From the NCBI GenBank assembly GCA_040902005.1, contig JBBDYA010000085.1, forward strand, positions 1-64,000: DNA of 64,000 bases. The letters are read 5' to 3'. The DNA comes from Gemmatimonadaceae bacterium (GTDB taxonomy: Bacteria > Gemmatimonadota > Gemmatimonadetes > Gemmatimonadales > Gemmatimonadaceae). The notes below the pieces were generated by a model. The model saw only the letters and a program-made list of their open reading frames with translations. It did not search any database and was not told the DNA's origin. This document shows, in pieces, positions 29,337-38,569 of the stretch. The stretch's first letter is position 1; the number at the start of each line of letters is the position of its first letter. Made by a program: the position numbers and the translations under genes.

Positions 29337-29789
29337 TCAGCGCGCGGCCGGCGCGCAGTGCTCCTCCAAGGCGCCCTTCAGGTCGCTCGCGATCTCCGGA
29401 GCCGACCGTCCTTCGATCTGCCAGCGCTCGAGCATGAAGACGATCTGTCCGTCGCGCAGCAGAGCGATCGACGGCGATGACGGTGGGTACCCGGTGAAGT
29501 AACCGCGCGCCCTGTCGGTCGCGGCGCGATCCTGCCCGGCAAACACGGTAGTGAGCCGCTGCGGCCTTGCGGTCGATTCGCCGAGCGCCATGCGGACGGC
29601 GGGTCGCGCCATGCGCGCCGCACAGCCGCAGATGGAATTCACGACGACCAGCGCCGTTCCCTTCGCGGTGAGTTCCCGGTCGACCTCGTCGGGCGTGCGC
29701 AACTCGGAAAAGCCGATACCGGTGAGCTCCGCTCGCATGGGCGCGAGCATCTGTTCCGGATACATGCCGGCGGAAACGGGAAGCGTCAT
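29337..29789 (-). CDS. BrxA/BrxB family bacilliredoxin (YphP/YqiW)
   Basis: PMRAELT, VVNSICGCAA (CxC), TVFAGQD, PPSSPSIAL, ERWQIEGR. Confidence 0.92.
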   Translation of the reverse strand: MTLPVSAGMYPEQMLAPMRAELTGIGFSELRTPDEVDRELTAKGTALVVVNSICGCAARMARPAVRMALGESTARPQRLTTVFAGQDRAATDRARGYFTGYPPSSPSIALLRDGQIVFMLERWQIEGRSAPEIASDLKGALEEHCAPAAR

Positions 29790-29801
29790 GTCAGCAGCAC
29801 C

Positions 29802-30182
29802 TCACAAACCATCCAGGTGAAAATCCTCGTCCCGCACGAGCGCGAGGATCGCGGCCTGGGGGACGACGAGAAACCGCTCGCCCTCGAACGTGATTTCGAC
29901 GGCAGCCTTGCGAAAGAACAGCGCGTAGTCGCCGATCCGGGCCTGCATGGGCACGAACCGCGTCTCACGCGTGGGGGCGCGCCACTCCTCCTCGGCGTTC
30001 GCATCCAGCGCCGGCAGTGGCAGGCCGGGCCCCGTGGCAACGATGGTACCGCTCTGCACCGCCTGATTGTCCACGGCCGTTGGCGGCAGGTAGAGCCCGA
30101 CATTCGTGCGCTCTTCCCCGTTCTCGACCTTCACGAGCACGCGGTCGCCAACGACAATCAGATCCTTCCGGGACTTGTGCAT
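29802..30182 (-). CDS. groES: Co-chaperonin GroES family protein (orphan, with insertion)
   Basis: GDRVLVK, TNVGLYLP mobile loop, GTIVATGPG, AILALV. Confidence 0.85.
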   Translation of the reverse strand: MHKSRKDLIVVGDRVLVKVENGEERTNVGLYLPPTAVDNQAVQSGTIVATGPGLPLPALDANAEEEWRAPTRETRFVPMQARIGDYALFFRKAAVEITFEGERFLVVPQAAILALVRDEDFHLDGL

Positions 30183-30203
30183 CGTGTCTCGAATATAGCG
30201 GGG

Positions 30204-31604
30204 CTACCGCACGAGCCAGAATCGCGTCTGGCGCTGGAACGCCCACCGCACGGTTCCGTCCGCCCCGACGATCACATCCTCCTCCTGCGCGGAACGGACG
30301 CGCTGGCCGGTCCACTCGGGAACCGCCGTCGTGGCCTGCAACTCGATCGAATACCACATGGAGGGGATGACCTTCGCGTCACCGCGCCCCGGCACGCCGT
30401 CCTGATAGTCCCACAGCCCGATGGGCGGACCCGCGCCGTGGCCGTGGATCCCGATCGGGTGCGTGTAGACGGTGCCGTTGATCCCGTCGGAGCGCATCCG
30501 CGCGAGCGACGCCCGCAGGATCTCATTTCCCGTGCGTCCCGGACGGATCTCGGACATCACGATGTCCTGCAGCTGGTTCGAATTCGACAGCGCGCGCTGG
30601 AGGCCCGCCGGCACCGCCGTTTCGCCGACGCGCAGCACGTATCCCATGTGCTGGGTATCGGTGTTCAGGCGATGCGCCGTGATCCCGAAGTCGCAGTGCA
30701 GCACGTCGCCGCGCTCGATGACCGGGTTGTCTCCCAGCTGCGCTTCCGTGAAGCCCATCCGCTGGACGTCCACGGACGGCTGGAACCACGACCCCAGCCC
30801 CAGGTCGTTCACCTGCTGGCGCATCCACCAGACGACATCCTGCGTGCGCGTGACCCCGGGCGTGATCACGACGTTCGAGAACGCGGTGTCGATGATGCTC
30901 CACACCACCTCGTTCATGCGGCGAAAGACCCGCTCCTCGTCCGGAAGCCGGCTCGCGATCAGCTCCACGGCCAGGGCATCCACGCTCCTGATCCGGGAAA
31001 TCCAGGGCTCGCCGAGCGCCGCGCGCATCCCGTCCGATTCGCCGGACGTGAGTCCGTCGGCGAATGACCATGTGCGCGACGAGTTGACCGTGATGAACCG
31101 CGGTGCGCGCCGCTCCACGAGATCCTTGAGCACGAGCCACTGCGCATCTCCCCACAGTTCCGCCTGTCGCGGCGCCTGCGCGCCGGCGGGTCCGTCCGCC
31201 GGGCGGCTGGATCGGACCGCCTCGTACACGCCGCCCTGCGACGTTCCGCCGAGCGCGATCCGGTCCACGCCGCAGCCCGCGGCGGGACGCGCCGCCGCGC
31301 AGGTGTCATGGAACACATAGATGGTGCGGCGCCGCGCCGCGAAGGTGGTCGGGGACACGAGCGACGTGAACACCGGATCCTCGTTGTACTCGCGCATGGG
31401 CACCACCCAGAATTCGACGCCGTGCTTGCGCATCAGCGCCGGCAGCACCGTTTCCATGCGCTGCACCAGCCAGCGCTGCTGCAGGTCCGCCTGGTCGCGC
31501 AGCGTGCCGAAGGGGCGGCGGGTGGTGAACTCCTGCGCGGACCCGGGCGCCGCGACGGTCGCGAGCGTCGCGAGAACGGCAACCAGCGCGATCCTGTGCA
31601 TCAT
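30204..31604 (-). CDS. M24 family metallopeptidase (Xaa-Pro aminopeptidase-like), exported
   Basis: HCDFG, TDTQH, THPIG..HGAG, SIE, EED; signal peptide. Confidence 0.85.
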   Translation of the reverse strand: MMHRIALVAVLATLATVAAPGSAQEFTTRRPFGTLRDQADLQQRWLVQRMETVLPALMRKHGVEFWVVPMREYNEDPVFTSLVSPTTFAARRRTIYVFHDTCAAARPAAGCGVDRIALGGTSQGGVYEAVRSSRPADGPAGAQAPRQAELWGDAQWLVLKDLVERRAPRFITVNSSRTWSFADGLTSGESDGMRAALGEPWISRIRSVDALAVELIASRLPDEERVFRRMNEVVWSIIDTAFSNVVITPGVTRTQDVVWWMRQQVNDLGLGSWFQPSVDVQRMGFTEAQLGDNPVIERGDVLHCDFGITAHRLNTDTQHMGYVLRVGETAVPAGLQRALSNSNQLQDIVMSEIRPGRTGNEILRASLARMRSDGINGTVYTHPIGIHGHGAGPPIGLWDYQDGVPGRGDAKVIPSMWYSIELQATTAVPEWTGQRVRSAQEEDVIVGADGTVRWAFQRQTRFWLVR

Positions 31605-31623
31605 CTCGAATTCCGGTGAAAGG

Positions 31624-32157
31624 TCAGGCCTGCGCGGTATCCTCGATCGGGTCCTCCTCCACCACCTCCTCGCGGAGGATGGTGCGGCGGACGAGCCAGA
31701 TCATCGCGGCGAGCACCGCCGCCCAGGCGCAGACGATCAGCACCCGCGTCCACAGCGTGCCCCCCGCCATCGGCAGCCAATCGGACCATTCCGCGCGCGC
31801 CGTTCCCGACGGTTCACGTCTCAGCCCGATGAGCGCCAGGCTCGTCGCCGCTTCCGCGGCTGCCTCCACCACGGCAAACAGTGGCGCGCGCCAGAGCCAG
31901 CGCTCCAGCGGAAAGTTCGCCAGGTGGAGCGTGGCCATGGCGCACAGGAACAGCAGGCCGCCCACGAATGCCAGGAACCACACCCACGTCGCGGATTCCG
32001 GCGTGGTCACGAGCGCGCGATACAGGCGGAGGACGATGCCGGAAAAGACGGCCACCTCGACGAGCGACCGCGAGAGTCGCCGGATGACGGTGGGCTCCTC
32101 GAAATGCCAGTCGTGCGTGTGCTTCGGAAAGAACGAACTCATGATCACCTCGGTCAT
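31624..32157 (-). CDS. Hypothetical membrane protein (about 4 TM)
   Basis: Hydrophobic helices; tightly packed between co-oriented genes. Confidence 0.7.
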   Translation of the reverse strand: MTEVIMSSFFPKHTHDWHFEEPTVIRRLSRSLVEVAVFSGIVLRLYRALVTTPESATWVWFLAFVGGLLFLCAMATLHLANFPLERWLWRAPLFAVVEAAAEAATSLALIGLRREPSGTARAEWSDWLPMAGGTLWTRVLIVCAWAAVLAAMIWLVRRTILREEVVEEDPIEDTAQA

Positions 32158-32160
32158 CAG

Positions 32161-34650
32161 TTACACAAACGATCGTGGCCGCGACGCCGAACCCCCTCGC
32201 ATCACGGCCACGACGGCGTCCTCCAGCTTCTCGAATGAAAATGGTTTCGTCAGCAAGGGCTGCCGCGACGCCGGGTTCGAGCTCCGCACGCCCGTAGACA
32301 CGACGTCGCCCGTGATGAACACGGTGCGCGCGGCGAGACCCGGGCGCTCCTTTCGCAATCGTTCATGCAGCGTGAATCCGTCCATTCCCGGCATGCGAAG
32401 GTCACACACCACGGCATCCACGCTGGTGCCCTGCAGGACCGCCAGCGCGGACTCGCCATCAAACGCGGTGTAGACGGTGAACCCGCGCATCGCGCCATAG
32501 GCCTCCATGCCGCTGCGCAGCGCGGGCTCGTCGTCCACGAACAGCAGCCGCAGCCCCGCCAGCGGTGAACGCACCGTGAAGGGTCCCGATTCGCGCGCGC
32601 TCCCCTCGCGCGGTGGCACCTCGGCCGCCGGCAGCGTCACGCGAAACGCCGTGCCGCGATCCGACGTGTCCACTACCTCGATCGCGCCACCATGCGCCGA
32701 CACGATGCCGTAACTCACGCTCAGGCCCAGGCCGGTGCCCTCCCCTTCCTGCTTGGTCGTGAAAAACGGTTCGAAGATGCGAACACGCGCTTCGGGCGGG
32801 ATCCCCGAACCCGTGTCGCGCAGCTCCAGCGTCACGTTGCCGCCGTCCGCGCCGGTGGTCACGGTCAGCGTGCCGCCCCCGAGCGGCTCCATGGCCTGCA
32901 CGGCGTTGGTGAGCAGATTGAGGCACACCTGCTGCAACTGACGCGCATCTCCCATCACCGACGGCAGGTCCGTCCCCAGCCGCTGCTCCACCTCCACGCG
33001 CGCCGAATTCAGCTGATAGGTGCGCATCCGCAGTGTGCGCGCGATCACGCCGTTGATGTCCAGCGGCTCGTTCTGCGTCTCGCTGCGGCGCGCGAAGGCG
33101 AGCAGGTCCTTCACCACCTGACTGGCGCGCAGCGTCTCGGCGCGAATCACGTCGATCGACTCCCGCTGTGACGGCGAGAGCTCCGGATCCCGCAGCATCA
33201 GCTGGGCGAAGGCACTGATGCTGCTGAGGGGATTGTTGACTTCGTGCGCGACGCCCGCCACCAGCTCCCCGACCGCCGCCAGCCGGTCCGACTCCATGAG
33301 GCGCGCGCGCATGTCACGCTCGACGGTGATGTCGCGCCCCACGATCAGCACGCTCGGCGGATCGGCCTCGGGGAGCCGGCTGGCGGCGAACGAGACGAGG
33401 CGCGGCGTCGTGGTGCCGCTCCCGGGCATGCGCACCTCCAGCCGGCTCGGGGAGCCGTTGAAGGTACGCTCCAGCGCGGCCTCCAGCTCCGGCCGGTCCT
33501 CGGGGACGAGCAGGTCGCCCAACGTGCGACCGACCACCTGGATCGGGTCGACGCCCACCACGTCGCGCACGGCGTCGTTCGCCTCGCGAACACGGCCGCT
33601 CCGGAGCACGGTGAACACGGCGTCCGGTGCGGCGCGGAATAGCGTGCGGAAGCGCCACTCGGTCTGCTTGAGCGAGTCCACCAGCTCGGCGTTCTCGAGC
33701 GCCACCGCCAGCAGGTCTGCCATGGCCTCGATACGATCCAGCGTGCTCGCCGTGAATTCGCCGGCCTTGAGGCGTGTCACCGACACCGCGCCAATGCGCT
33801 CGCCCCGCCGGGCGATGGGAAGGATGGCGAGCGCGCGCACGGCGTCGCTCACCGGCTGGTATGCGGGCGGGTACAGCTCGGCCACGTGCTCCCGTGCATC
33901 CGCGACGGACCACCGCTGTCCGCTCACGACGGCGCGCCCCATCGCGGACCCCACGACGGGAAGCTCCTGGCCGAGGGCCGGCCCCCAGATCCCCGACACG
34001 GCCACGATGTGCACCCGCCCGTCATCGCGCAGCAGTCCCACGCTGCCACCGTCCGCCTGCGCGATGTCGAGCAGCACTTCCATGAAGCGCTCGAGCACGC
34101 GCTGCGGATGCAGCTCCAGCGCCATCTGCTGGCCGAGCCACCACATGCGCTGGAGCACCTTCTGCGTGTCCACGAGCTCGGAGGTGCGCTCCGCCACGCT
34201 GTGCTCCAGCGTGGCACTCAGCTCGCGCTCCGCGGTCACGCGCTGCGTGAGCGCCAGGGTCGTGCTGCGCTCCAGCGAAAGCGCCCAGCCGCCGTAGAGC
34301 GCGAGGAGCATGCTCATCGCGCCAACCACCACGGCGCGCTCCAGCGCCGTCGGCTCGTACCAGGTGGCGCCAGCATCACGCAGCCCGAGCGCCAGGGCGC
34401 TCGCACCGAGGAGTGCCAGCAGCGCGACCCCCCCGAAGACCGCGCGGTGCACGCCGAACGACGCCCGGGCGACGGCGACGGACGCGATCCCGAAACCCAG
34501 GATGCTCACGATGAATACGGCCTGACCCAGCGGATCGCGGGCTGGCGCGCCCTGGCGCGCGAGTATGAGCGCAAGCGTCGCCGCGAAGACGAGCTGGCAC
34601 AGGGCCACGAGGGGCGCGGTGAGATCGCGCGGAAAAAACCGGCGGCGCAT
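32161..34650 (-). CDS. Hybrid sensor histidine kinase (TM-GAF-PAS-HisKA-HATPase-REC)
   Basis: [52 protein letters not shown] 34650 preceded by GGAGG. Confidence 0.93.
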   Translation of the reverse strand: MRRRFFPRDLTAPLVALCQLVFAATLALILARQGAPARDPLGQAVFIVSILGFGIASVAVARASFGVHRAVFGGVALLALLGASALALGLRDAGATWYEPTALERAVVVGAMSMLLALYGGWALSLERSTTLALTQRVTAERELSATLEHSVAERTSELVDTQKVLQRMWWLGQQMALELHPQRVLERFMEVLLDIAQADGGSVGLLRDDGRVHIVAVSGIWGPALGQELPVVGSAMGRAVVSGQRWSVADAREHVAELYPPAYQPVSDAVRALAILPIARRGERIGAVSVTRLKAGEFTASTLDRIEAMADLLAVALENAELVDSLKQTEWRFRTLFRAAPDAVFTVLRSGRVREANDAVRDVVGVDPIQVVGRTLGDLLVPEDRPELEAALERTFNGSPSRLEVRMPGSGTTTPRLVSFAASRLPEADPPSVLIVGRDITVERDMRARLMESDRLAAVGELVAGVAHEVNNPLSSISAFAQLMLRDPELSPSQRESIDVIRAETLRASQVVKDLLAFARRSETQNEPLDINGVIARTLRMRTYQLNSARVEVEQRLGTDLPSVMGDARQLQQVCLNLLTNAVQAMEPLGGGTLTVTTGADGGNVTLELRDTGSGIPPEARVRIFEPFFTTKQEGEGTGLGLSVSYGIVSAHGGAIEVVDTSDRGTAFRVTLPAAEVPPREGSARESGPFTVRSPLAGLRLLFVDDEPALRSGMEAYGAMRGFTVYTAFDGESALAVLQGTSVDAVVCDLRMPGMDGFTLHERLRKERPGLAARTVFITGDVVSTGVRSSNPASRQPLLTKPFSFEKLEDAVVAVMRGGSASRPRSFV

Positions 34651-34701
34651 GTCCCTCCACGTTCTATCGCGGAGGGGCAATACACCAGAGGGAAGTTTCG
34701 C

Positions 34702-35511
34702 CTACCGGATTCGGTGCCCCAGCCGCGTCCAGCGGATATCCGTGATGAACGACACCGGCCGGTCGCTCTCGACGGAGGGAACGTACGAGTAGTACACGAA
34801 GATCGGCCGGCCACGCACGTTCTCGCGCGGAACGAGCCCCCAGAACCGGCTGTCCTTCGAGGCGTGCCGGTTGTCGCCCATCATGAAGTAGTGGCCCGGC
34901 GGAATGAGCAGCGGACCCCAGTGATCGAGGGCGGGTGTCGGCGGCGGCGGTCCGAAACGCGTGTTGGGGAGCTCGATCCGGTGCTGCCACTCCATGAGCG
35001 GCGACGACTCGTTCGGATCGGCCCGCGGATTGGCCGCGGTCGCCGGATCGTGCTGCGGCTGGGGAACGCCGTTCACGTGCAACAGACCGTCGCGCATGTA
35101 GAGCGTGTCGCCCGGCACGCCGACGAGCCGCTTCACCAGCGTCGGCGTGGGATCGTCCCCCTGGGCGGCCTCGTCGGCCTGATACGGGGAGACGAAAACG
35201 ACCACCTCGCCAGGCCGCGGCTCGGAGTACCCCGGCAGGTTGATCCCCGTGAAGGGAATGTGCGGGCCGTACACCGCCTTGTTCACGAACAGCCAGTCCC
35301 CGATGAGCAACGACGGAATCATGCTGCCCGAGGGGATCCGGAACGCCTCGATGAGGAACGTCTTGATCACGAGATAGATCAGCACGGCGCCCACGAGTGA
35401 CTTCACGTTCTCCCAGACGCGGGCGCGGATCGGCGGAGTGGAAGCCGCTGTGCCGTCGCGAGCCTGCGCGACGACGTTCTCACGGTCGGACGTGGGGCGT
35501 TTCTTCGCCAA
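34702..35511 (-). CDS. lepB: Signal peptidase I
   Basis: IPSGSMIPSL (Ser), LVKRLVGVPGD (Lys), MGDNRHASKDSRFWG. Confidence 0.95.
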   Translation of the reverse strand: MAKKRPTSDRENVVAQARDGTAASTPPIRARVWENVKSLVGAVLIYLVIKTFLIEAFRIPSGSMIPSLLIGDWLFVNKAVYGPHIPFTGINLPGYSEPRPGEVVVFVSPYQADEAAQGDDPTPTLVKRLVGVPGDTLYMRDGLLHVNGVPQPQHDPATAANPRADPNESSPLMEWQHRIELPNTRFGPPPPTPALDHWGPLLIPPGHYFMMGDNRHASKDSRFWGLVPRENVRGRPIFVYYSYVPSVESDRPVSFITDIRWTRLGHRIR

Positions 35512-35558
35512 TGGGTTCTCGCGTTTCGGTGGGGGGGGGGTGAGGCGGGTCGCCGGTG

Positions 35559-35594
35559 AAAAATAAGCCGCCGCGCGAGTATCGCGCGGCGGCT
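35559..35594 (-). terminator. Intrinsic terminator after the SWIB gene
   Basis: AGCCGCCGCGCGA-GTA-TCGCGCGGCGGCT hairpin followed by TATTTTT on the minus strand. Confidence 0.7.
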
Positions 35595-35619
35595 GAACGC
35601 TCCGGCTATGCCAGAACGG

Positions 35620-35973
35620 CTACTTCATGTGCTTGCTGACGAGCTTCGTCATCTCGAACATCGAGACTTTGCCCTTGCCACCGAACACCGCGCGAAGCTT
35701 GTCGTCGGCGTTGATCATGCGGCGCTCCTTCGCATCCTGAAGGCCATGCCGCTTGATGTACTGCCACAGCTTCTTCGTGACTTCGGTGCGGGGGATCGGG
35801 GTGCTCCCGACGACGGCCGCAAGCTGGGCACTGGGCATCATCGGCTTCATGAACGCGGCATTGGGCTTCCGCTTCGCGCCGCCTTTCTTTTTCGCCTTCC
35901 TGCGAGTCGCCTTCTTCGCGACTTTCCGCCCAGCCTTTTTCTTCGCCTTGCCCTTCTTCTTCTTCGTCGCCAT
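35620..35973 (-). CDS. SWIB/MDM2 domain protein with Lys-rich (H1-like) N-terminal tail
   Basis: MATKKKKGKAKKK..., then NAAFMKP, RTEVTKKLWQYIK, LQD, INADDKL, VSMFEMTK; GGAG upstream of ATG. Confidence 0.92.
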   Translation of the reverse strand: MATKKKKGKAKKKAGRKVAKKATRRKAKKKGGAKRKPNAAFMKPMMPSAQLAAVVGSTPIPRTEVTKKLWQYIKRHGLQDAKERRMINADDKLRAVFGGKGKVSMFEMTKLVSKHMK

Positions 35974-36095
35974 GCGGCCTCTCCTGGAGTTGGTGAGCGG
36001 AGCGATTTTCCCTATGGGAAATGACCTCGGGTATGACTCCGCCGCGCGAATGATAAAATCCTCTATGGGGAGCGCAATAGGCAAAATCGCGATGG

Positions 36096-36986
36096 TCACG
36101 CCGTGAGACGACGCAGCAGCGCCATCATGCGCAGGTCGAAGGGGTCGGCGGCCGGGTCGTCGTCGGCGATATCGGCCACCTGCTGAGGCGTTTCGAGGAT
36201 GAGCGGGACGTGTTTCGACCGCGGGTCCGCGAGGAGCCAGGCGAATGGTTCCACCCCGATTTCCCCCTCGCCAAGCAGGGCGTGACGGTCGCGATTCGAC
36301 CCCAGTGCTCCCGCACTGTCATTCAGGTGGAAGAACCCTGGTGGCTGTCCCGTCGCCGCCTCGAATTCGTCCAGTACGCCGGTGAGCGCGCCCGCAGACG
36401 CCGCGATGTCGTAGCCGGAGGCGTAGAGGTGGCAGGTGTCCAGCCCATAGCCAGTGCGCGCGCGAAGATGCCGAGGCAGCTGCGAGAGGATCGCCCCCAC
36501 TTCCGCCGCGGTGCGCGCCATGGTCGTCCCGGCCCCGGCGGTATTCTCGACGAGCAGACGGGTGTCCGACGCGAGCTGATCGAGCGCGTGGACCATCGCG
36601 GCGGCGATGCGTTCCGCTGCCGCCTCGCGGTTGCCATCCGTTGCGGCGCCGGGGTGGAAGCACACGGCGCCGAGGCCGAGCGCCGACGCGCGCTCCAGCT
36701 CCTTCGCCAGCCCATCGCGGGCGCGCGTCCACTTCCCCGAGTCGGGCGTGGCGACGTTGAGCACGTAGGCGCCGTGCGCCATCATGCGCCGGGGGTCCAG
36801 TCCGGTGCCAGCCACGGCGCCGCGGAAGCGCTCAACGCGCTCGGCGCGGATGGAGGTCTTGTCGCCGTAGAACTTGGGGATTGCCGTGAAGAGCTGCATG
36901 GCCGACATGCCGCCGTTTGCCGCCCGGCGCACCGCCATGTCGATCCCGCCATTGTCGATCGTGTGAGCGCCGAACCAGTGCGACAA
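36096..36986 (-). CDS. nfo: Endonuclease IV
   Basis: GAH, AHGAYVLN, FHPG, ENTAG, DTCHL, HLNDS, DRH, LETP. Confidence 0.92.
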   Translation of the reverse strand: MSHWFGAHTIDNGGIDMAVRRAANGGMSAMQLFTAIPKFYGDKTSIRAERVERFRGAVAGTGLDPRRMMAHGAYVLNVATPDSGKWTRARDGLAKELERASALGLGAVCFHPGAATDGNREAAAERIAAAMVHALDQLASDTRLLVENTAGAGTTMARTAAEVGAILSQLPRHLRARTGYGLDTCHLYASGYDIAASAGALTGVLDEFEAATGQPPGFFHLNDSAGALGSNRDRHALLGEGEIGVEPFAWLLADPRSKHVPLILETPQQVADIADDDPAADPFDLRMMALLRRLTA

Positions 36987-36989
36987 CCG

Positions 36990-37697
36990 TCAGTGCCCCC
37001 CCCCCTTCTCGAGGTCCAGCATCCTCGCGTCGCCTTCGTAGGGCACGGAGCGCGGGTTCCGCAGCTCGCCCATCCGCTTGACCAGATCCGCGATGCGCTG
37101 CGCCTGCGCGACGATCGTGGTCAGGTCCTCGGTCGGAAGCTTACGCTCGGTGTGCTCGAGGAGCAGGAGCTCGGCGGTGGCCATCAGCCCCGCCAGTGGA
37201 TTGTTGATCTCGTGCTGGAGCGTGACCAGGGCCTCGCCGATGCCGGCCAGATAGCGCGCCTCCCGCAGCTCCTTCTCCGCCCGGCGCCGGTCAGCGTCGC
37301 TCGCCATCCGTTGCAGCGCGATGCGCATGCGGGCGAGCATCCGCTGCCCCGTGGTCGGCTTCGTCACGTAGTCGTCGGCGCCGGCATCGAGCACTTCCGC
37401 CAGGTCACCGGCCGACGTCCGCCCGGTGACGACGAGCACGAAGGTCTCGCGATCCGGGTCAGCCGCGCGAATCCGGCGGCAGACGTCGAGCCCATTCATC
37501 CCCGGCATCTCGATGTCCAGGACCACCAGTTCATGCCGCGCTCGCTCCCACGCCGCCCACGCCTGCGCACCGTCGTCGGCCATCTCGAACGTCCGGCCCA
37601 GCGCCTCGAGCACGTGCTCGAGCAGCAGGAGAATGGTGGGGTCGTCGTCGGCGATGAGGACGGTGCGCCGGGGGTCGGCGCCAGCCTTGTCGCTCAC
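36990..37697 (-). CDS. Response regulator: REC plus HisKA (DHp) without ATPase domain
   Basis: IADDD, LDIEMPGMNG, GADDYVTKP, then LQHEINNPL; ends about 65 aa later. Confidence 0.85.
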   Translation of the reverse strand: MSDKAGADPRRTVLIADDDPTILLLLEHVLEALGRTFEMADDGAQAWAAWERARHELVVLDIEMPGMNGLDVCRRIRAADPDRETFVLVVTGRTSAGDLAEVLDAGADDYVTKPTTGQRMLARMRIALQRMASDADRRRAEKELREARYLAGIGEALVTLQHEINNPLAGLMATAELLLLEHTERKLPTEDLTTIVAQAQRIADLVKRMGELRNPRSVPYEGDARMLDLEKGGGH

Positions 37698-38479
37698 GGC
37701 AGCACCCCGATCCGGACGAAGCGCGGTGTAGTGTCCGTGGCGGCACCTCGCGACCATGCCACTGCCAGTTTGCCGTCGCCGATGGCGACGTCGGGCGCGC
37801 GGGCAGGCCCGGTGGGCGGCGAAACGACCTGTCGCACCTGGAACAGGTGCGCCATCGTGTGCGAGAACGCGAGCCCCACGCGCGGCTGCGCCGCATTGGG
37901 ATCCTCGTAGACCACGGCGACCAGATCGCCGCGCGCGGCGATCGCCGTGTGGCCGATCCGCTCCCCATAGACGACCGCGACCGGCGAGTGGAACATGACT
38001 CCCTCATCCATCGAGTGCGAGGCGAATATACCGGGCCCCTCGCGCGCCGCCATGCCATAGGCCACGTGGACGTTCTGCCCGTCGGCCGCGATGGAGGGCG
38101 GCGGGCGGCGGCAGCCCACGCGTCCCGCGTCCATGGTATCCACCCGGATCGCGGGATCCCACCGCAGGCCATCGCGTGATCGGGCCACCATGACGTGCGC
38201 CGTGCTGTCGGGCTGCGCTTCCCACCACACGGCGTACCAGCCGGTCACGCTGTCGCCGGCCACGCGCACGCTGCCCACGCACTGCCCGGCCACGCGCGCG
38301 GGCACGACGGCCGAGGCGGACTGGCCGGCCAGCGCACCGCCGTCGAATGCCAGCCGCGCCTCCGCCGCCACGGCCGGCGGCAGCGGGGTCGGGTCGTCCC
38401 ACGCGATCGAATCGGAAGCGCAGGCGAGGGGCGCGGCCATGGCCAGCACCGCCGCGATGCGGAGTAAGCGCGTCGTCAC
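37694..38479 (-). CDS. Hypothetical lipoprotein, sialidase/BNR-like beta-propeller fragment
   Basis: Lipobox LAC; SRDGLRW and SMDEGVMF Asp-box-like repeats. It is the real C-terminal part of the 816-aa track ORF. Confidence 0.7.
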   Translation of the reverse strand: MTTRLLRIAAVLAMAAPLACASDSIAWDDPTPLPPAVAAEARLAFDGGALAGQSASAVVPARVAGQCVGSVRVAGDSVTGWYAVWWEAQPDSTAHVMVARSRDGLRWDPAIRVDTMDAGRVGCRRPPPSIAADGQNVHVAYGMAAREGPGIFASHSMDEGVMFHSPVAVVYGERIGHTAIAARGDLVAVVYEDPNAAQPRVGLAFSHTMAHLFQVRQVVSPPTGPARAPDVAIGDGKLAVAWSRGAATDTTPRFVRIGVLP

Positions 38480-38569
38480 CACTGAGAGGATAGCGGAGGG
38501 CCGCGCTCGGATGAAGCGACCGCGCGCACTATCTTCTCCAGCGACGAAACGACGAACGGGAACCCGCAC

